NCBI GenBank assembly: GCA_030390025.1
Contig: CM059447.1
Coordinates: forward strand, 41,478,001 to 41,542,000
Source: Squalus acanthias
Taxonomy: Eukaryota
Direction: 5' to 3'
DNA length: 64,000 nt
Part shown: piece by piece, positions 13,279 to 25,664 of the stretch
Layout: every line of letters starts with the position of its first letter
Position numbering within the stretch: position 1 is the stretch's first letter
Notes under the pieces: model-generated
Database searches by the model: none
What the model was told of the DNA's origin: nothing
What the model saw: only the letters and a program-made list of their open reading frames with translations
Translations under genes and position numbers: made by a program

Positions 13279-14233
13279 TTAGTTTAAATCCCTATCCACT
13301 GCCCTAGTTATTTGATTCGCCAGGACACTGGTCCCAACTCGGTTGAAGTGGAGTCCGTCCCAACGGAACAGCTCCCTCTTTCCCCAGTACTGGTGCCAGT
13401 GCCACATGAATTGAAACCATTGCCACCCACACCACTCTTTGAGCCACGCATTTAAACTTCTAATCTGTTTCGCCCTATGCCAATTTGCATGTGGCTCAGG
13501 TAGCAATCCAATGATTATTAGCTTTGAGCTTCTGCTTTTTAATTTGTACGCTAGCTCCTCAAACGCACTCAGCAGAACCTCATTCCTAGTTCTACCTATG
13601 TCATTGGTTCCTACGTGGACCATGACAACTGGATCCTCCCCCTCCTTCTCCAAGTTCTTCTCCAGCTATGAGGAGATGTCCTTAACCCTGGCATCGGGCA
13701 GGCAACACAACCTTCGGTACTCTCAGTGGCAGCTACAGAGAACAGCATCTATCCCCCTGACTATACTATCCCCTACCACATTCCTTTTCGCTCCGCCTAA
13801 TTGAATGGCCTCCTGTACCACGGTGCTGTGGTCAATTTGCCCATCCTCCCTGCAGTCTTTGTTCTCATCCACACCGGTAGCAAATACCTCATACCTGTTG
13901 GACAAGGGCAAAGGCTGAGGTTCCTCCACTGCTGCATCTAAGGTCCCCTTACCTGCCTGACTCGCAGTCACATCCTCCTGTCCCTGACCACTAACCAAAT
14001 CTAAAACACTACCTAACCTAAGGGGTGTGACTGCCTCGTGGGTCAAAAATGTCCAGGTAACTCTCCCCCTCCCTGATGCATCGCAATGTCTGCACCTGGG
14101 ACTCCAGCTCAACAACTCTGAGCCGAGGTTCCTCGAGTTGCAGACACTTACTGCAGATGTGGTGGCCTGGGATCACACTGCTCTCCACAAACTCCCACAT
14201 GCTGCAGATGTGGCACACCGCCTGCACTGCCAT
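13279..14233 (-). pseudogene. CR1 ORF1 with Cys/His zinc-finger, leucine zipper and SGNH esterase domain (frameshifted)
   Basis: CHICSMWE..HICSKC; VVGDSIVR (block I), HVGTND (block III), WDGLH (block V). Confidence 0.88.
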
Positions 14234-14522
14234 CCCTATCTAACCTTGTTTTATGTATTCAATTCACTTGGTTTAGTTTAGTTTTTTAAAGCGAATTATT
14301 TAACTAGTTTTAATGATTAATTTAATAAAGTATTAGTGATAGGTTCCTAGTTTTAAATACTTACTGCCTCAAGTTTATGCAAACGCCTACACATTGTTAA
14401 AGGCAAAAAGCAGCAGCTCCTTCCCCCTCTGCACTGAATTCCCACTCTCACCAAATTGCCAACTTCCCACTCTGTTTACGATGCTCTTCGTTCACGTCGC
14501 GATCTATGGTTACGCTCTGCGC

Positions 14523-14647
14523 TAGGGTTTGCCAACCCTCCAGGATTCTCTTGGAGTCGCCAGGAATTTAAAAAACTTTCCGGTTGGAGGCGGGAGGCTG
14601 TGTGATGAAACTTCCAGGAATACATGCAACCAGAGTTGGTAACCCTG
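14523..14647. mobile_element. Small hAT-like MITE
   Basis: Imperfect TIR tagggtttgccaac...gttggtaaccctg; a related copy lies at 40198-40518. Confidence 0.65.
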
Positions 14648-14920
14648 GCACACACATGTGCACGCACACGCGCACGTACATGTATACAGGCACACACACA
14701 CACACACATGTACGCAAGCAAACATATCGACAGACATGCATGTAGATCCACACATGCACACAAGCATATGACCATACACACATATAAAAGCATACATGCA
14801 CATATATGCAAACATATAGACAGAGACACACATACAGACACAATTACAGACACACCCATACAAGTAGACACATACCAGTGACAAATCAGTAAATTTCTGT
14901 TTTTATATATATATATATAG
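14648..14920. repeat. Degenerate (CA/TA)n low-complexity tract
   Basis: Alternating purine-pyrimidine runs and (TA)n at 14904-14919. Confidence 0.85.
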
Positions 14921-14940
14921 CTAAAATCATAATGGGGCTG

Positions 14941-15169
14941 ACATAAGAACATAATAAGAAGTAGGAGCAGGAGTCGGCCATACGACCCCTCGGGCCTGCT
15001 CCGCCATTCAATAGGATCATTGCTGATCAGAACCTAGACTCACGTCCACTTCCCTGCCCGCTCCCCATAACCCTTAATTCCCTTATCAGCTAGGAAACTG
15101 TCTATCTCCGTTTTAAATTTATTTAATGGCGCAGCTTCCACAGCTCTCTGAGGTAGCAAATTCCATAGA
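14941..15169 (-). mobile_element. CR1 3' tail, same subfamily as 55430-55652
   Basis: Nearly identical to the 3' end of the CR1 inside the Gypsy element; flanked by gacataagaa/gacgtaagaa. Confidence 0.9.
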
Positions 15170-16049
15170 CGTAAGAAAACTACTAGGCACTTGGTCTAAG
15201 CGTTAAACAAAGCTTTAATCAACTGTTTTATAACATGGAGGTCTAGTTGTGTCCTTCACTAGTTCCGGTTAAGAATGTCCTGCGCAAGCTGGGCCCGTGC
15301 CCGAGTATTTATACTCTCCCTGGGCAGCGCCACCCGCAGGCCACTCAGTATTATTTCATAAGTCATGAATGACAGATTCATGTCAGGGGCAACTTCCTCT
15401 TCACTACGTTTCAAAATGGCGGACAGATCTGTGAACCAGGCAAGGTTGATTGATAAAGAAATTAGTTAAGATAAAAGGGGAATTGTTCTAGGCAAAGATT
15501 GAATTGCATGCCACAGACCTGAATGAGTGTCTGAGACCCAAATGACATAATTAATTGCTGATTAGCGTTCCCATGCGTTGCGCCTTTGATCATGAGTGAT
15601 GGACAGCACTACTTAAAAACCCCAAAAGTGTTTAAAAGCTCTGTGGATGAACAGGAGCCTGCGTTGTCTACGTGCAATGGCTCAACTTGAAGGTCCATGA
15701 AAGAAATCCATTCAAAGGATCTGTTGGCTGCCAATGGACTGCGAGACGTAACCTCCTGGAAAAGGGTAGATTAACCTCTTGTAAACTAATTCTAGCTCGA
15801 TTTTCTAATGTTTTTGCTGATTGATATCCCTTCAGTATATTATTTTATCTGTAAATAAGTCTGACCAAATAGTCTTAGCCTGTACATAGTGATCTAACAT
15901 ATTATTGTTTCCACCTTCGAAGGCGAGAGCAGAACGTGAATTCAAGATTAATTGTTAAGCCTGGGCACGTTAACCCATTCATAAAGATGCTGGCGTCAGT
16001 TCATTAGAGATTGGATCTGCTTATGGAATCTGCCATCTGGCCATGAACA
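15170..16049 (-). mobile_element. Possible solo LTR
   Basis: Minus-strand TATA (15306-14) followed by ATTAAA (15214-19), YY1-like aaaatggcgg at 15413, possible TGT start at 16049. No TSD found. Confidence 0.3.
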
Positions 16050-16074
16050 TAAAAAAAGGTGTTGGGGGGGAAAG

Positions 16075-16332
16075 CACCTCGTACTAGAGGTAGGTACTGC
16101 GCAGCATAAATCAGGGCCAGAGTGATCTGCTGGACTAGTTTCGATTGCCTAAGATGAATTTCCCAGACTTTTTGTTCGCAAATTGGCTGGGGTTTTTATC
16201 TGGATTTTCGCCTCTCCCGGGATATCACATGGCTTTCAGGTGGGGTAGGGAGTGTATGTATCGTGAGGCAGGCATCGTAGTTGTGTAGATGAACCAGAGG
16301 GTCTTTTCCTGTCTGTCATTGTTAGTATGTTC
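16075..16332 (+). mobile_element. 3' UTR of another CR1-like LINE family
   Basis: tgatctgctggactagtttcgattgcct...gtcttttcctgtctgtcattgttagtatgttc, recalled as a shark LINE 3' UTR. Confidence 0.5.
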
Positions 16333-16449
16333 AAAAACATCTAACTGTAATACACTCAAATACAGACCTACAGGCACAGATACACACGCAGTGCATTGTG
16401 AAAGATTATGTACATGGGATCAGCATGTTATTAACAACTGGTCTGCTGA

Positions 16450-16733
16450 AAACATACTAAATCTGGCATTCAACCTGTTCTGGCCATGCCACAGAATGCA
16501 GCGATTCACGTCCAGAACCCGAAACGGACCCCTGCCATATTTACAGGGTGTGACAAGTCAAAGTGGTTCTTTCTGAACTGGGCAGGGGATTTGGCTGCTG
16601 TTGCCCTTAACTTGCTTTGCACCTGCAACTGTAAAGAGTTATGCAGCACTGGAGAGTTCATCTCTGCAGTGGGTTTGAACCTACAATCTTCTGAACCAGG
16701 TGCCAGAGTGCCACAGCTGACACCCAATATTGA
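16450..16733 (-). mobile_element. tRNA-derived SINE-like element
   Basis: Minus-strand head gtgtcagctgtggcactc..cagaagattgtaggttcaaacccactgcag resembles the Deu-SINE heads, but the body differs. Confidence 0.5.
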
Positions 16734-16776
16734 CCTTGAAGGATATTGCAATATTTTATTTACGCGTAAACTTTTA

Positions 16777-19268
16777 GGGGGAAAAGTTCATCCCCTTAGC
16801 GCCTCCAGTTAGCGCCGGCAGATGGGGCTAATGGGCCGCTAGAGCAGTATCACCGGGGCGAGGTGAATCCAGCACCGCACGCCAAATCCTGCCCGCCCCC
16901 ACCGTAGCACCGCCGGTAAGAGGTATCACCGGGAATGTCAATGCCAGGTGGACCATGACGTCAGTGAGTGTGCAACGCTCACTGGCCGCCTGATCTGCTA
17001 AATTGATTCTCGCCACTTACCCTAGTGCCTGGAGTAAACAGCAACAGGAAGAGCTGGCGTGAAGCACCAGGAAGCCGGCTCCAGGGACATTATTTAAAGG
17101 GATCATCAGCTGTCAGGTTAGTGCAATTTCAGTGGTTTCTTGTCAGTTTCACCCACTGCAACTGTTTCATTCAGTAATTTCAAGGTTCTTTTTTATCAGG
17201 AGCCTTGTGGCAACTAAAAAGTAGTTAGATTTATTCTTCAAAGATTGGAACTGCTACACTTGGTAAAATTAATGGGGGCTGTACTGGCACCACCTCGCCC
17301 TCCAGGATCCATGGCAGAGGGAATGTAGGCAGCGAGAAAGACTGGAACATGTGGGCAGAGGGTGGAGGAGGGCTTTGCTTCACCAAGGAGGCGGTCACAG
17401 AACTCTGCCATCTCCTGCAACCAGACCTCCAGCCTCAGACCAGGGCAACCACGGCTCTCCCAGTGGCAGTCAAGGTCACTGTGCCCCTCAATTTCTTTGC
17501 CAGCAGATCCTTCAGTTGGCGACAGGAGATATAGCTAACATCTCACAGTTCACCGTTCATTGCTGCATCCGGGAGGTCACTGAGGCTCTCTACAGCAGGA
17601 GAAGGGACTACATTGGATTCCCAATCGCCAGAGAGAAGTAGGACGAGCATGCATGTGGCTTTGCCATGATAGCGGGCTTCCACATGGTGCAGAGCGCCAC
17701 TGACTGCACCCACGTGGCTTTGCGGACACTGCATAACAATCCTGAGATCTTCGCTAACCGCAAAGGCTACCACTCACTTAATGTGTAGTTGGTGTGCGAC
17801 CACAGACAGCGAATCTTTAATGTCAATGCCCGCTATCCTGGCAGACTGGTGTGCCAGCATTCTTCCAGCCACCACGTCAAGCTCGGGTGGCTGCTCGGAG
17901 ACAAGGGCTATCCACTCTCCATCTGGCTCGTGACTCCCCTCCGCAACCCCAACACACGTGCCCAGCACTCATATAATGAGAGCCATACTGCCACCAGGAA
18001 TATCGTCGAGCAAACCATCGGCTTATTGAAGCAACGGTTCCGCTGCCTTGATAGCTCGGGAGGAATCCAGTACTCGCCAGAGCGAGTGTCCCATTTCGTG
18101 ATGGTCTGATGCATGCTCCACAACATGGTCATCACGAGGGCACAGCCCTTGCCAGCAAGGATTGCGGGACCACCTCAGAGGAGGACAAGGCAGAGGAGGA
18201 TGAGGATGAGAAGGATGAGGAAGAGGAGGAACAGGAGGGAGGGAGGAGGCAGCGAGACAATCGGCCTTCTGGATAGGCTGTCCGTGACCGGCTCATCAGA
18301 CTCTCTGATTCACATGAATGAAACCCCAGATCCCCGTAGCTCACCACATCCCCATCATACAATCCCTGTCTCATGGCGTATCACAGCGTCCTCCTGGATG
18401 CAAAGGTGAAATGAGAGAGACCACAAAATATTCCAAAGACCATTAATAAATTTATCTATAAACATATCACATGAATTCTAAGAACTAATGACCCTTGTAC
18501 CTGCCATAGTTGAATAGCTGACATTGTGTGCAAGGAGTGAGATGTGGGTGTGAGTGTTGCTAGGTAGAGATTGTTGGTGGGTGAGTGCTGGGGGTGTGGT
18601 GGTTTGGTAAGTGTGTGAAGATTGTGGTACAGATGGTGGTATGTAGCATTTGTTGAAGCATTCACTCACCCTAACCACCCGAGTGAGGTCATTAAATTTC
18701 TTCCTGCACTGTGTGGGTCCTGGGGACCACAGTGCTGCCTGAGATGTGCTGTGCTACCTCCCTCCACGTGGTGTGGAAGACTTGTGGTGAGGGCCTCCTG
18801 CCAGTTGCTGAGTAGAGCACCGCCCTCCATCTCTCCACAATGAAAACCAATGCCTCCAATGCTTCAGCGGAGAATCTGCCGGCTCTCTCCCTGGGGCGTG
18901 GACCTGCCATGAGCACACCTGGTTCAGTCCTCTGGCTCCTTCTCCTTGTTCTGCTTCTGCTTGCTGAGGCAGTTGCACAGCCAGCAATGCTGAGAATGAG
19001 GTGCTGCAGCATCAATGAACCTCCCCTTTAAGTAGTGAAAAAAGCCTGTGGCAATGATGAGTTGCGATTAGACTGCACCTGATATTGGTCACATTTTAAG
19101 TGTAATGCCAATGAGCTTGAGTTTTAAGACTTGATTTAGGACTCCAATCATTTTATTGAGCAGTGAGGACGAATTTTGCGTGCAGTCTAAAGCATTAGCG
19201 CCTGGCGCTAATTCTCCAACTTTCCTACTGACACCACCCATTCCTTGGCTATAATGAATTTCTAGCCC
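16777..19268. mobile_element. Harbinger transposon with convergent transposase and Myb/SANT genes
   Basis: TTA TSD (16774-76 / 19269-71); GGG termini; Myb exon on minus strand (RFSAEALEALV..WREVA..KFNDLTRVVR|gtgagt). Confidence 0.9.
17270..18300 (+). pseudogene. HARBI1-like DDE transposase, disrupted
   Basis: ALPVAVKVTVPLNFFAS, DCTHVAL, NRKGYHSLNV, WLLGDKGYPL, YNESHTATRNIVEQTIGLLKQRFRCL; stops and frameshifts. Confidence 0.9.
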
Positions 19269-19901
19269 TTAGATCTTAATTAAGAATATTTCTGACTGCA
19301 TGTACAGGACTCACCTGGCCAGTCCGGGTGAGCAGTACAATGATGCTGACGCACAGATCAGTGATAGGCATGGTAGAATAATGACCTACAATGTACAATG
19401 TCAGGCTGTACGTAGTAAAGCATATTTTATCTTTATTCTCCTGCATGTCCCTTAATAGAGTGATTCCACAAGATATTAGGAGTGGGGGGCGGGGGGGGCG
19501 GGGGGGGCGGGGGAGGAAGGAAAAAGAAAATCGTGGTTGCTATCAATCTTTGAATTCCACCCTCCCCCATAAGAAGTTGGAAGGAGCATATTATATGCAG
19601 ACAATGAAATGAAAACAAGAGCCTCAAATTGTGTTGCGTGGGTAGCTTGTTGGCAGTGATTTCCTTTTAAATACAAGGGCAAAGGCACTGGTCTCCTGCT
19701 CCCAGTGGGTAGAAGTGCTTGAATAGTCAACTGGGCCTACACTATTGTAGCCCTATGACCAACCCTTTGAGCACAGGACCCAATGAACTTAGCCTATTAT
19801 GTGAAAGGCTCAGGAAGAGTGAAGCCAACTTGCTTAAAGTGCTGTGCACTAAGTAAACTGGTGTAACTATAAAAGAAAATAACAAGCAAAGCTGTAAAGC
19901 C

Positions 19902-20347
19902 GTATTAGTGATGGCTCAGTGGGTAGCACTCTCGTCTCTGAGTCAGAAGGTTGTGGGTTCATGGCCCACTCCAGAGGCTTAAGCACATATTCTAGGCTGA
20001 CACTGCAATGCAGTACTGAGGGAGTACTGCCACTTCGAATGTGATGTTAAACTGAAGCCCCATCTGATCTCTCAGGTGGGTGGGTGTAGAAGATCCCATG
20101 GCACTACTTTGAAGAAGAGCAGGGGAGTTCTCCTCAGAGTCCTGATCAACATTTATCCTTCAACCAACACCTAAATCTGATTATTTATCATATTGCTGTT
20201 TGTGGGAGCTTGCTGTGCGCAAATTGGCTGCTGCGTTTCCTACATTGCAGCAGCGACCACACTTCAAAAGTACTTAACTGGCTGTAAAGCGCTTTGGGAT
20301 GTCTTGAGGTTGTGAAAGGCGCTATATAAATGCCAAGTCTTTCTTTC
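19902..20347 (+). mobile_element. SacSINE1/Deu-type SINE
   Basis: A box tggctcagtggg, conserved body and L2-like tail. Confidence 0.85.
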
Positions 20348-21267
20348 TAAACATAACAGCAATGGTGAAAACAATCAATGGAATCTTGAACTCAGAATGA
20401 TCAGATTCATTGAATAGGGCATATGCCAGTTGACTTCATCAAAGCCATTGTCCACTTGTCACGGTTGACTTCTACTCGACCAGGCCAGGCCCAGGCTCAT
20501 CTGTCTCCTACAGACCGTCACCTCCTGTGCCACCCATGGCATTAGATGTGCTGTCATTCCTGAAGCCACTGTTGTCCACCCCACCCCCCCACCCCCCCAA
20601 CAACCCCCATCTTCTATCTATTTTATGGTTGTCTCCACAGTGGCAGCTGACCGATAACTGTAACACTAATGGTGTGTCCTTCCCCCACTACTCATCCAAC
20701 TGTTCCAATCGCAGGGCAGCTTTCACAGATTGATCACTGCCAGGCCCAGAGGCCGAAATGTGCATAAGTGTGTTCTTTTCTTAGAGCTCTTTCTTGAATT
20801 CATTGAATATCTGAATGAATCCAGGATGAGTAGAAAACGTTTAGTATTAAGCAGAGCACCAGGAAACAGTCTGACCCAATCCAGTACCAGCAACGAATCC
20901 ACCTCTACCTTAGAAGGCATATCACACTAGCGCCCTCGGAAATTCCAATGCAGTAAGTGTCTGCTGTTTAAGTGGTAACTCAGTTCTGTCTACGACGCAT
21001 GGACCAGCACCGTGAGTTGTAACTTTTCGTGGCCTGTAGCAGTGGTGGAGATCGATTTATGGCCTTTTGAAACAGCAATGTAGCAGTTCGACCAGAGGTG
21101 AAGTCTGCTCGGGATGTTCGATGCCGGACAATTCAAAGTGATGTGTCTGCGCTGCTTCAACATCAGGTGTTGAAATGGGGTTAAGTTTCTCTTCAAAGTC
21201 AGCAGCAGGTTTCTGTACGATGCTCAGGAGTCAACAGGTCATGCCACCAAAGGAACCTTCCTCCAGT

Positions 21268-21759
21268 TGTGTCAGCTGTGGCTCAGTGGGTAGCACACTT
21301 GCCTTCTGAGTCAGAAGGTTGTGGGTTTCAAGTCCCACTCCAGAGACTTGAGCCCATAAAATCCAGGCTGATATTCCAGTGCAGTGCTGAGGGAGCCCTG
21401 CACTGTCGGTGGTGCCGTCTTTTGGATGAGGCGTTAAACTGAGGCCCCGTCTGCCCTTCTCAGGTGGGCGTAAAAGATCCCAGGACCACTAGTTCGAAGA
21501 AGAGCTGGGTAGTTCGAAGAAGAGCTGGGGACTTCTCCTAATGGCCCAGTCAATATTGATCTCTCAAGCATCATCGCTAAAAAACATATTATCTGGTCGT
21601 CGTCACATTGCTGTTTGTGGGATCTTGCTGTGCGCAAATTGGCTGCCAGACTTTCTCACATTACAGCAGTGACTACACTTCAAAAAGTACTTCATTGGCT
21701 GTAAAGCACTTTGGGATGTCATGAAAGGCGCTATATAAATGCAAGTTCGTTCTTTCTTT
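21268..21759 (+). mobile_element. SacSINE1/Deu-type SINE with a 20-bp internal duplication
   Basis: Full head, body and tail; tagttcgaagaagagctggg occurs twice at about 21490-21529. Confidence 0.85.
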
Positions 21760-22164
21760 AATCATAATGCAGCAAAGCAGAAAGCACGTTCGCAGGTCTG
21801 AGCTGTGCTTTTGAACGGGGCAATGCGCCTTTGAGTTGCTGAAAAGCTCTCGATTAGAATTACAGCTCTCAGTGTAATCACTCCTGCACTGAACATTCCA
21901 GATATGTATCCTCTCCTTCCCTGAGTGCACTGAGCCTTGTCGGAAAAAAAAAAGAAGGAAAAAGGCACACAGATGGTAGCACAACAATAAAATGATGCTC
22001 GTAAAAATCGGGGAGGAGCACTGCAGGATAATAAAAGGAAACAAAAACTGAATATGGAAAAAAACCACACACAAAGGACCTGATTCAAAGCCGCCTGAAT
22101 ACATTAATAATTTTTAAAAGGCCTCAAGAGACAAACGGATCAAAGAAAAAGTGCACAATGGAAA

Positions 22165-22266
22165 TCGGAAATAAAAATGCTGTAAATGCAAAGCAGAACC
22201 GCTGACGTCTGTAAAGAGAGAGAGGACAGGTTAATGTGTCGGGTGGGAGACCCTCGATCAGAACTG
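22165..22266 (-). mobile_element. Degenerate copy of hammerhead-bearing Penelope-type mini-element (family A)
   Basis: Reverse complement cagttctgatcgagggtctcccacccgacacattaacctgtcctctctctctttacagacg aligns by eye with 26227 and 52404. Confidence 0.5.
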
Positions 22267-23089
22267 CTACAAGGAAGGCAAGAATGCCCCTTTATGAAAA
22301 GAGTGGAGAGATGGTACAGGGATCAGATGTAGATATCAGAGGTCATCACGCAATCTCGTGCTCCCAGCAGGGAGACCCCTGTCCCACCCTGTCCCACCAT
22401 GCCCACAACAAGGATGGCCGCTGAAAGTGGTCAGTATTTTACAATTAGACTCAGTGCCATATTTTAGAAAGTTGCTGTTGTCATTGCCGTGTGTTCATTG
22501 TAGACATGAGGTAATTCCTTGATTATGTGCCAATGTCTGGGAACCTCACCCACTGGCCGCACATATTGGAAAACCATTGGAGCACGGGCCCTGTACTGAG
22601 ATCTCCCTTCAGTCTTTCCACAGTTACTGGCTGACGTGAGCCTTGTTTACTACACAAGACACTTGCATAACTTTCAAAACTTGGCACCATATAAGAGCCG
22701 TATTCTGTGCAGAGAGGACTTGCCTTCACAGAGGCTGCTATGTGCTGGGAGATAGGACTCAGCAAAAAACAGCGTACAATAGGACTCCTCAGTGATGGTG
22801 GGCATGTGACAATCAGGAGTGCTGACATGGGCTGGCTCACACACACATTGCAAAGTGGTACAAAATAGCCATGTTTGTGGGCGGCACAAGCCAGCTCATA
22901 GAGGGCATGGAGAGCATCGCGGCATAGGGGCACCGTGTCAATGAGCACAGAGCAGCATTCTGTAAAGGCAAGGCCCACAGAATAACGTGTTGTGGTGTCC
23001 AGTTTTTTTTAATGAATACAAATTAGCATTTGGCATAAATAAGTTAGAGAATAGTGATTTACTGAATGGCTGTGTGATTTTAGTATTGG

Positions 23090-23510
23090 TGAGGTGTGTG
23101 CTGGTATCGGTTGGTGTGTGCTGGTATTGTCTGGTGTGTGTTGGTTGGTGTGTGCTGGTATCGGTTGGTGTGTGCTGGTATTGTCTGGTGTGTGTTGGTT
23201 GGTGTGTGCTGGTATCGGTTGGTGTGCGCTGGTATTGTCTGGTGTGTGTTGGTTGGTGTGTGCTGGTATCGGTTGGTGTGTGCTGGTATTGTCTGGTGTG
23301 TGTTGGTTGGTGTGTGCTGGTATCGGTTGGTGTGTGCTGGTATTGGTAGGTGTGTGCTGGTATTGTCTGATGTGTGTTGGTTGGTGTGTGCTGGTATCGG
23401 TTGGTGTGTGCTGGTATTGTCTGGTGTGTGCTGGTTGGTGTGTGCTGGTATCGGTTGGTGTGTGCTGGTATTGTCTGGTGTGTGCTGGTATTGGTAGGTG
23501 TGTGCTGGTT
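23090..23510. repeat. GT-rich minisatellite with a 54-bp higher-order unit of ~20-bp subunits
   Basis: tgtgctggtatcggttggtgtgtgctggtattgtctggtgtgtgttggttggtg repeated. Confidence 0.92.
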
Positions 23511-23640
23511 GCATTGACTGTATGTAATGGTTTGTTGGTGTCACAGTGGCATTGGTTGGTGCATCCAGCTTGCCTTTTTTGTGGTTATAGTGTGTCAGTG
23601 TGTTGGTGACTGTTGTGTTCACATATGATAATAGTGTTGA

Positions 23641-23930
23641 GTGTCAGTTTGACTCCGTTAGTAGCCTCTGAGTCAGAAGGCTGTGGCTTCAAGCCCCACT
23701 CCAGCATTTATGCATATTTTCTAGGCTGATAGCCCAGTGCATGCTGAAGGGGTGCACTGACAGTGGTCCCACCCTTCAGATGACATGTTACCTGTTCTAT
23801 TGAACATTAAAGATCACATGGGGTTATTTGAAGAAGAACAGAATTGGGAGCTCTTCAAATGTGTTCCTCAACCAACCACCACTAAAATCAAATTGACTGG
23901 CATTCATCTCTAATGCTATTTGTGGGATCT
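23641..23930 (+). mobile_element. Degenerate Deu-type SINE (5' part)
   Basis: ctgagtcagaaggctgtggcttcaagccccactccag head and decayed body. Confidence 0.65.
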
Positions 23931-24002
23931 AGGAGTACCTCAAATCCATTTACCCACCTTTGCTCCATATCCCTTGATGCCCTTGCCTAACAAAACTCTA
24001 TC

Positions 24003-25664
24003 ATACATACATAGATACATACATAGAAGATAGGAGCAGGAGTAGGCCATCCGGCCCTTCGAGCCTGCTCCGCCATTTAATGAGATCATGGCTGATCCTC
24101 CAATTCAGTATCCCGTCCCCGCCTTCTCTCCGTAACCCTTAACCCCTTTTGCCTGTAGAAATATATCTAATTCCCTCTTAAATATATTTAATGAGCTGGC
24201 ATACACTGCCCTCTGTGGCAATGAGTTCCACAGGTTCACCACCCTCTGAGTGAAGAAATTCCCCCTCATTTCTGTCTTAAATGGTTTAGCCCTTATCCTT
24301 AAATTATGTCCTCTAGTTCTGTTCTCACCCGCCAAGGGAAACATTCCTTCTGCATCTAGTCTGTCTAGACCTGTCAGAATTTTATACACTTCTATGAGGT
24401 CCCCTCTCAATCTTCTAAACTCCAGTGTGTACATCCCTAAACTACATAGTCTCTCCTCATAGGTCAATCCCGCCATTCCTGGTATCAGCCTGGTGAATCG
24501 CCGCTGCACCCCCTCCATGGCAAGAACATCTTTCCTCAGATGAGGCGACCAAAACTGTACACAGTACTCGAGGTGTGGTCTCACCAGTGCCCTGTACAGC
24601 TGCAGCAAGGTATCCCTGTTCCTGTATTCCAACCCTTTTGCTATGAAGGCCAGCATACCGTTTGCCTTCTTGACCGCCTGTTGCACCTGCATGCTCGCCT
24701 TCAGTGACTGGTGTACAAGAACACCCAGGTCTCTCTGTACTTCCCCCTCTCCCAATTTATTGCCATTTAAATAATAATTTGCCCTCCCGTTCCTGCACCC
24801 AAGGTGGATAACTTCGCACTTGTCCACATTATAGTGCATCTGCCATTTATCCGCCCAATCACCCAGTCTGTCCAAATCGCTCTGGAGCTTCCTGGTCTCC
24901 TCCTCTGAGCCCACCCCCCCTCCTAGTTTAGTGTCGTCTGCAAATTTGGAAATGCTGCATCCGACTCCCTGATCCAGGTCATTAATGTAAATTGTGAACA
25001 GCTGGGGACCCAGGACAGATCCCTGTGGTACCCCACTTGTTACTGCCTGCCATTCAGAAAATGAGCCGTTTATTCCAACTCTCTGTTTTCTATCTGACAG
25101 CCAGTTCTCTATCCACGTCAGTACTTTCCCCTTTATCCCATGAGCTTCAATTTTCCCTGCTAATCTTTTATGTGGGACCTTATCGAAGGCCTTTTGGAAG
25201 TCCAGGTACACCACATCTACTGGCTCTCCCCCATCTATTTTACCAGTTACTCCCTCAAAAAATTCCAATAGATTAGTCAAGCACGATTTACCCTTTGTAA
25301 ATCCATGTTGACTCTGTCCTATCCTGTCCCCATTTGCTAAGTGCTCCGCTATTTCATCCTTAATGATGGACTCCAGCATTTTGCCCACAACTGATGTAAG
25401 GCTTACAGGTCTGTAATTACCTGCTTTTTCCCTACCCCCCTTTTTGAATAGTGGGGTAACGTTAGCTACCCTCCAATCCATGGGCACTGTTCCCGAGTCT
25501 AATGAATTCTGAAAAATCATACTTAGTGCATCCGCTATCTCTAGGGCCACCTCCTTCAGTACCCGAGGATGCATGTTATCAGGCCCTGGGGATTTGTCCG
25601 CCTTCAATCCCTTTAGCTTCCTTAACACCATATCCTTAGAGATATTGATTTGCCTCAGTTCCTC
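24003..25664 (-). mobile_element. Young 5'-truncated CR1 inserted in an older CR1 tail (23930-24002 and 25665-25815)
   Basis: About 520 uninterrupted codons of ORF2 RT ending at the stop at 24105, with a complete 3' tail. Confidence 0.93.
24105..25664 (-). CDS. CR1 ORF2 reverse transcriptase, C-terminal part (open frame, no endonuclease or start)
   Basis: [40 protein letters not shown] and KFADDTKL motifs all in one frame. Confidence 0.85.
   Translation of the reverse strand, partial: EELRQINISKDMVLRKLKGLKADKSPGPDNMHPRVLKEVALEIADALSMIFQNSLDSGTVPMDWRVANVTPLFKKGGREKAGNYRPVSLTSVVGKMLESIIKDEIAEHLANGDRIGQSQHGFTKGKSCLTNLLEFFEGVTGKIDGGEPVDVVYLDFQKAFDKVPHKRLAGKIEAHGIKGKVLTWIENWLSDRKQRVGINGSFSEWQAVTSGVPQGSVLGPQLFTIYINDLDQGVGCSISKFADDTKLGGGVGSEEETRKLQSDLDRLGDWADKWQMHYNVDKCEVIHLGCRNGRANYYLNGNKLGEGEVQRDLGVLVHQSLKASMQVQQAVKKANGMLAFIAKGLEYRNRDTLLQLYRALVRPHLEYCVQFWSPHLRKDVLAMEGVQRRFTRLIPGMAGLTYEERLCSLGMYTLEFRRLRGDLIEVYKILTGLDRLDAEGMFPLAGENRTRGHNLRIRAKPFKTEMRGNFFTQRVVNLWNSLPQRAVYASSLNIFKRELDIFLQAKGVKGYGEKAGTGY

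Larger units (their letters stand above)
7169..14480 (-). mobile_element. Near full-length decayed CR1 LINE with three nested insertions
   Basis: Order on the minus strand is 5'UTR, ORF1, endonuclease (YLNARRI..AITET; GIVYRPP..IVGDFN), RT (NYRPVSLTS, DFQKAFDKV, QGSVLGP, KFAD), 3' tail at 7170-7260. Confidence 0.9.

Noticed and set aside
14476-14952. Cys/Val-rich ORFs
   Set aside because: Translations of (CA/TG)n low-complexity DNA.
19483-19514. G-run with G-quadruplex potential
   Set aside because: A simple G/C homopolymer tract with no contextual evidence of function.
22987-23622. Repetitive Cys/Val/Trp or His/Thr-rich ORFs
   Set aside because: Artefacts of a stop-poor GT-rich minisatellite, open in several frames on both strands.
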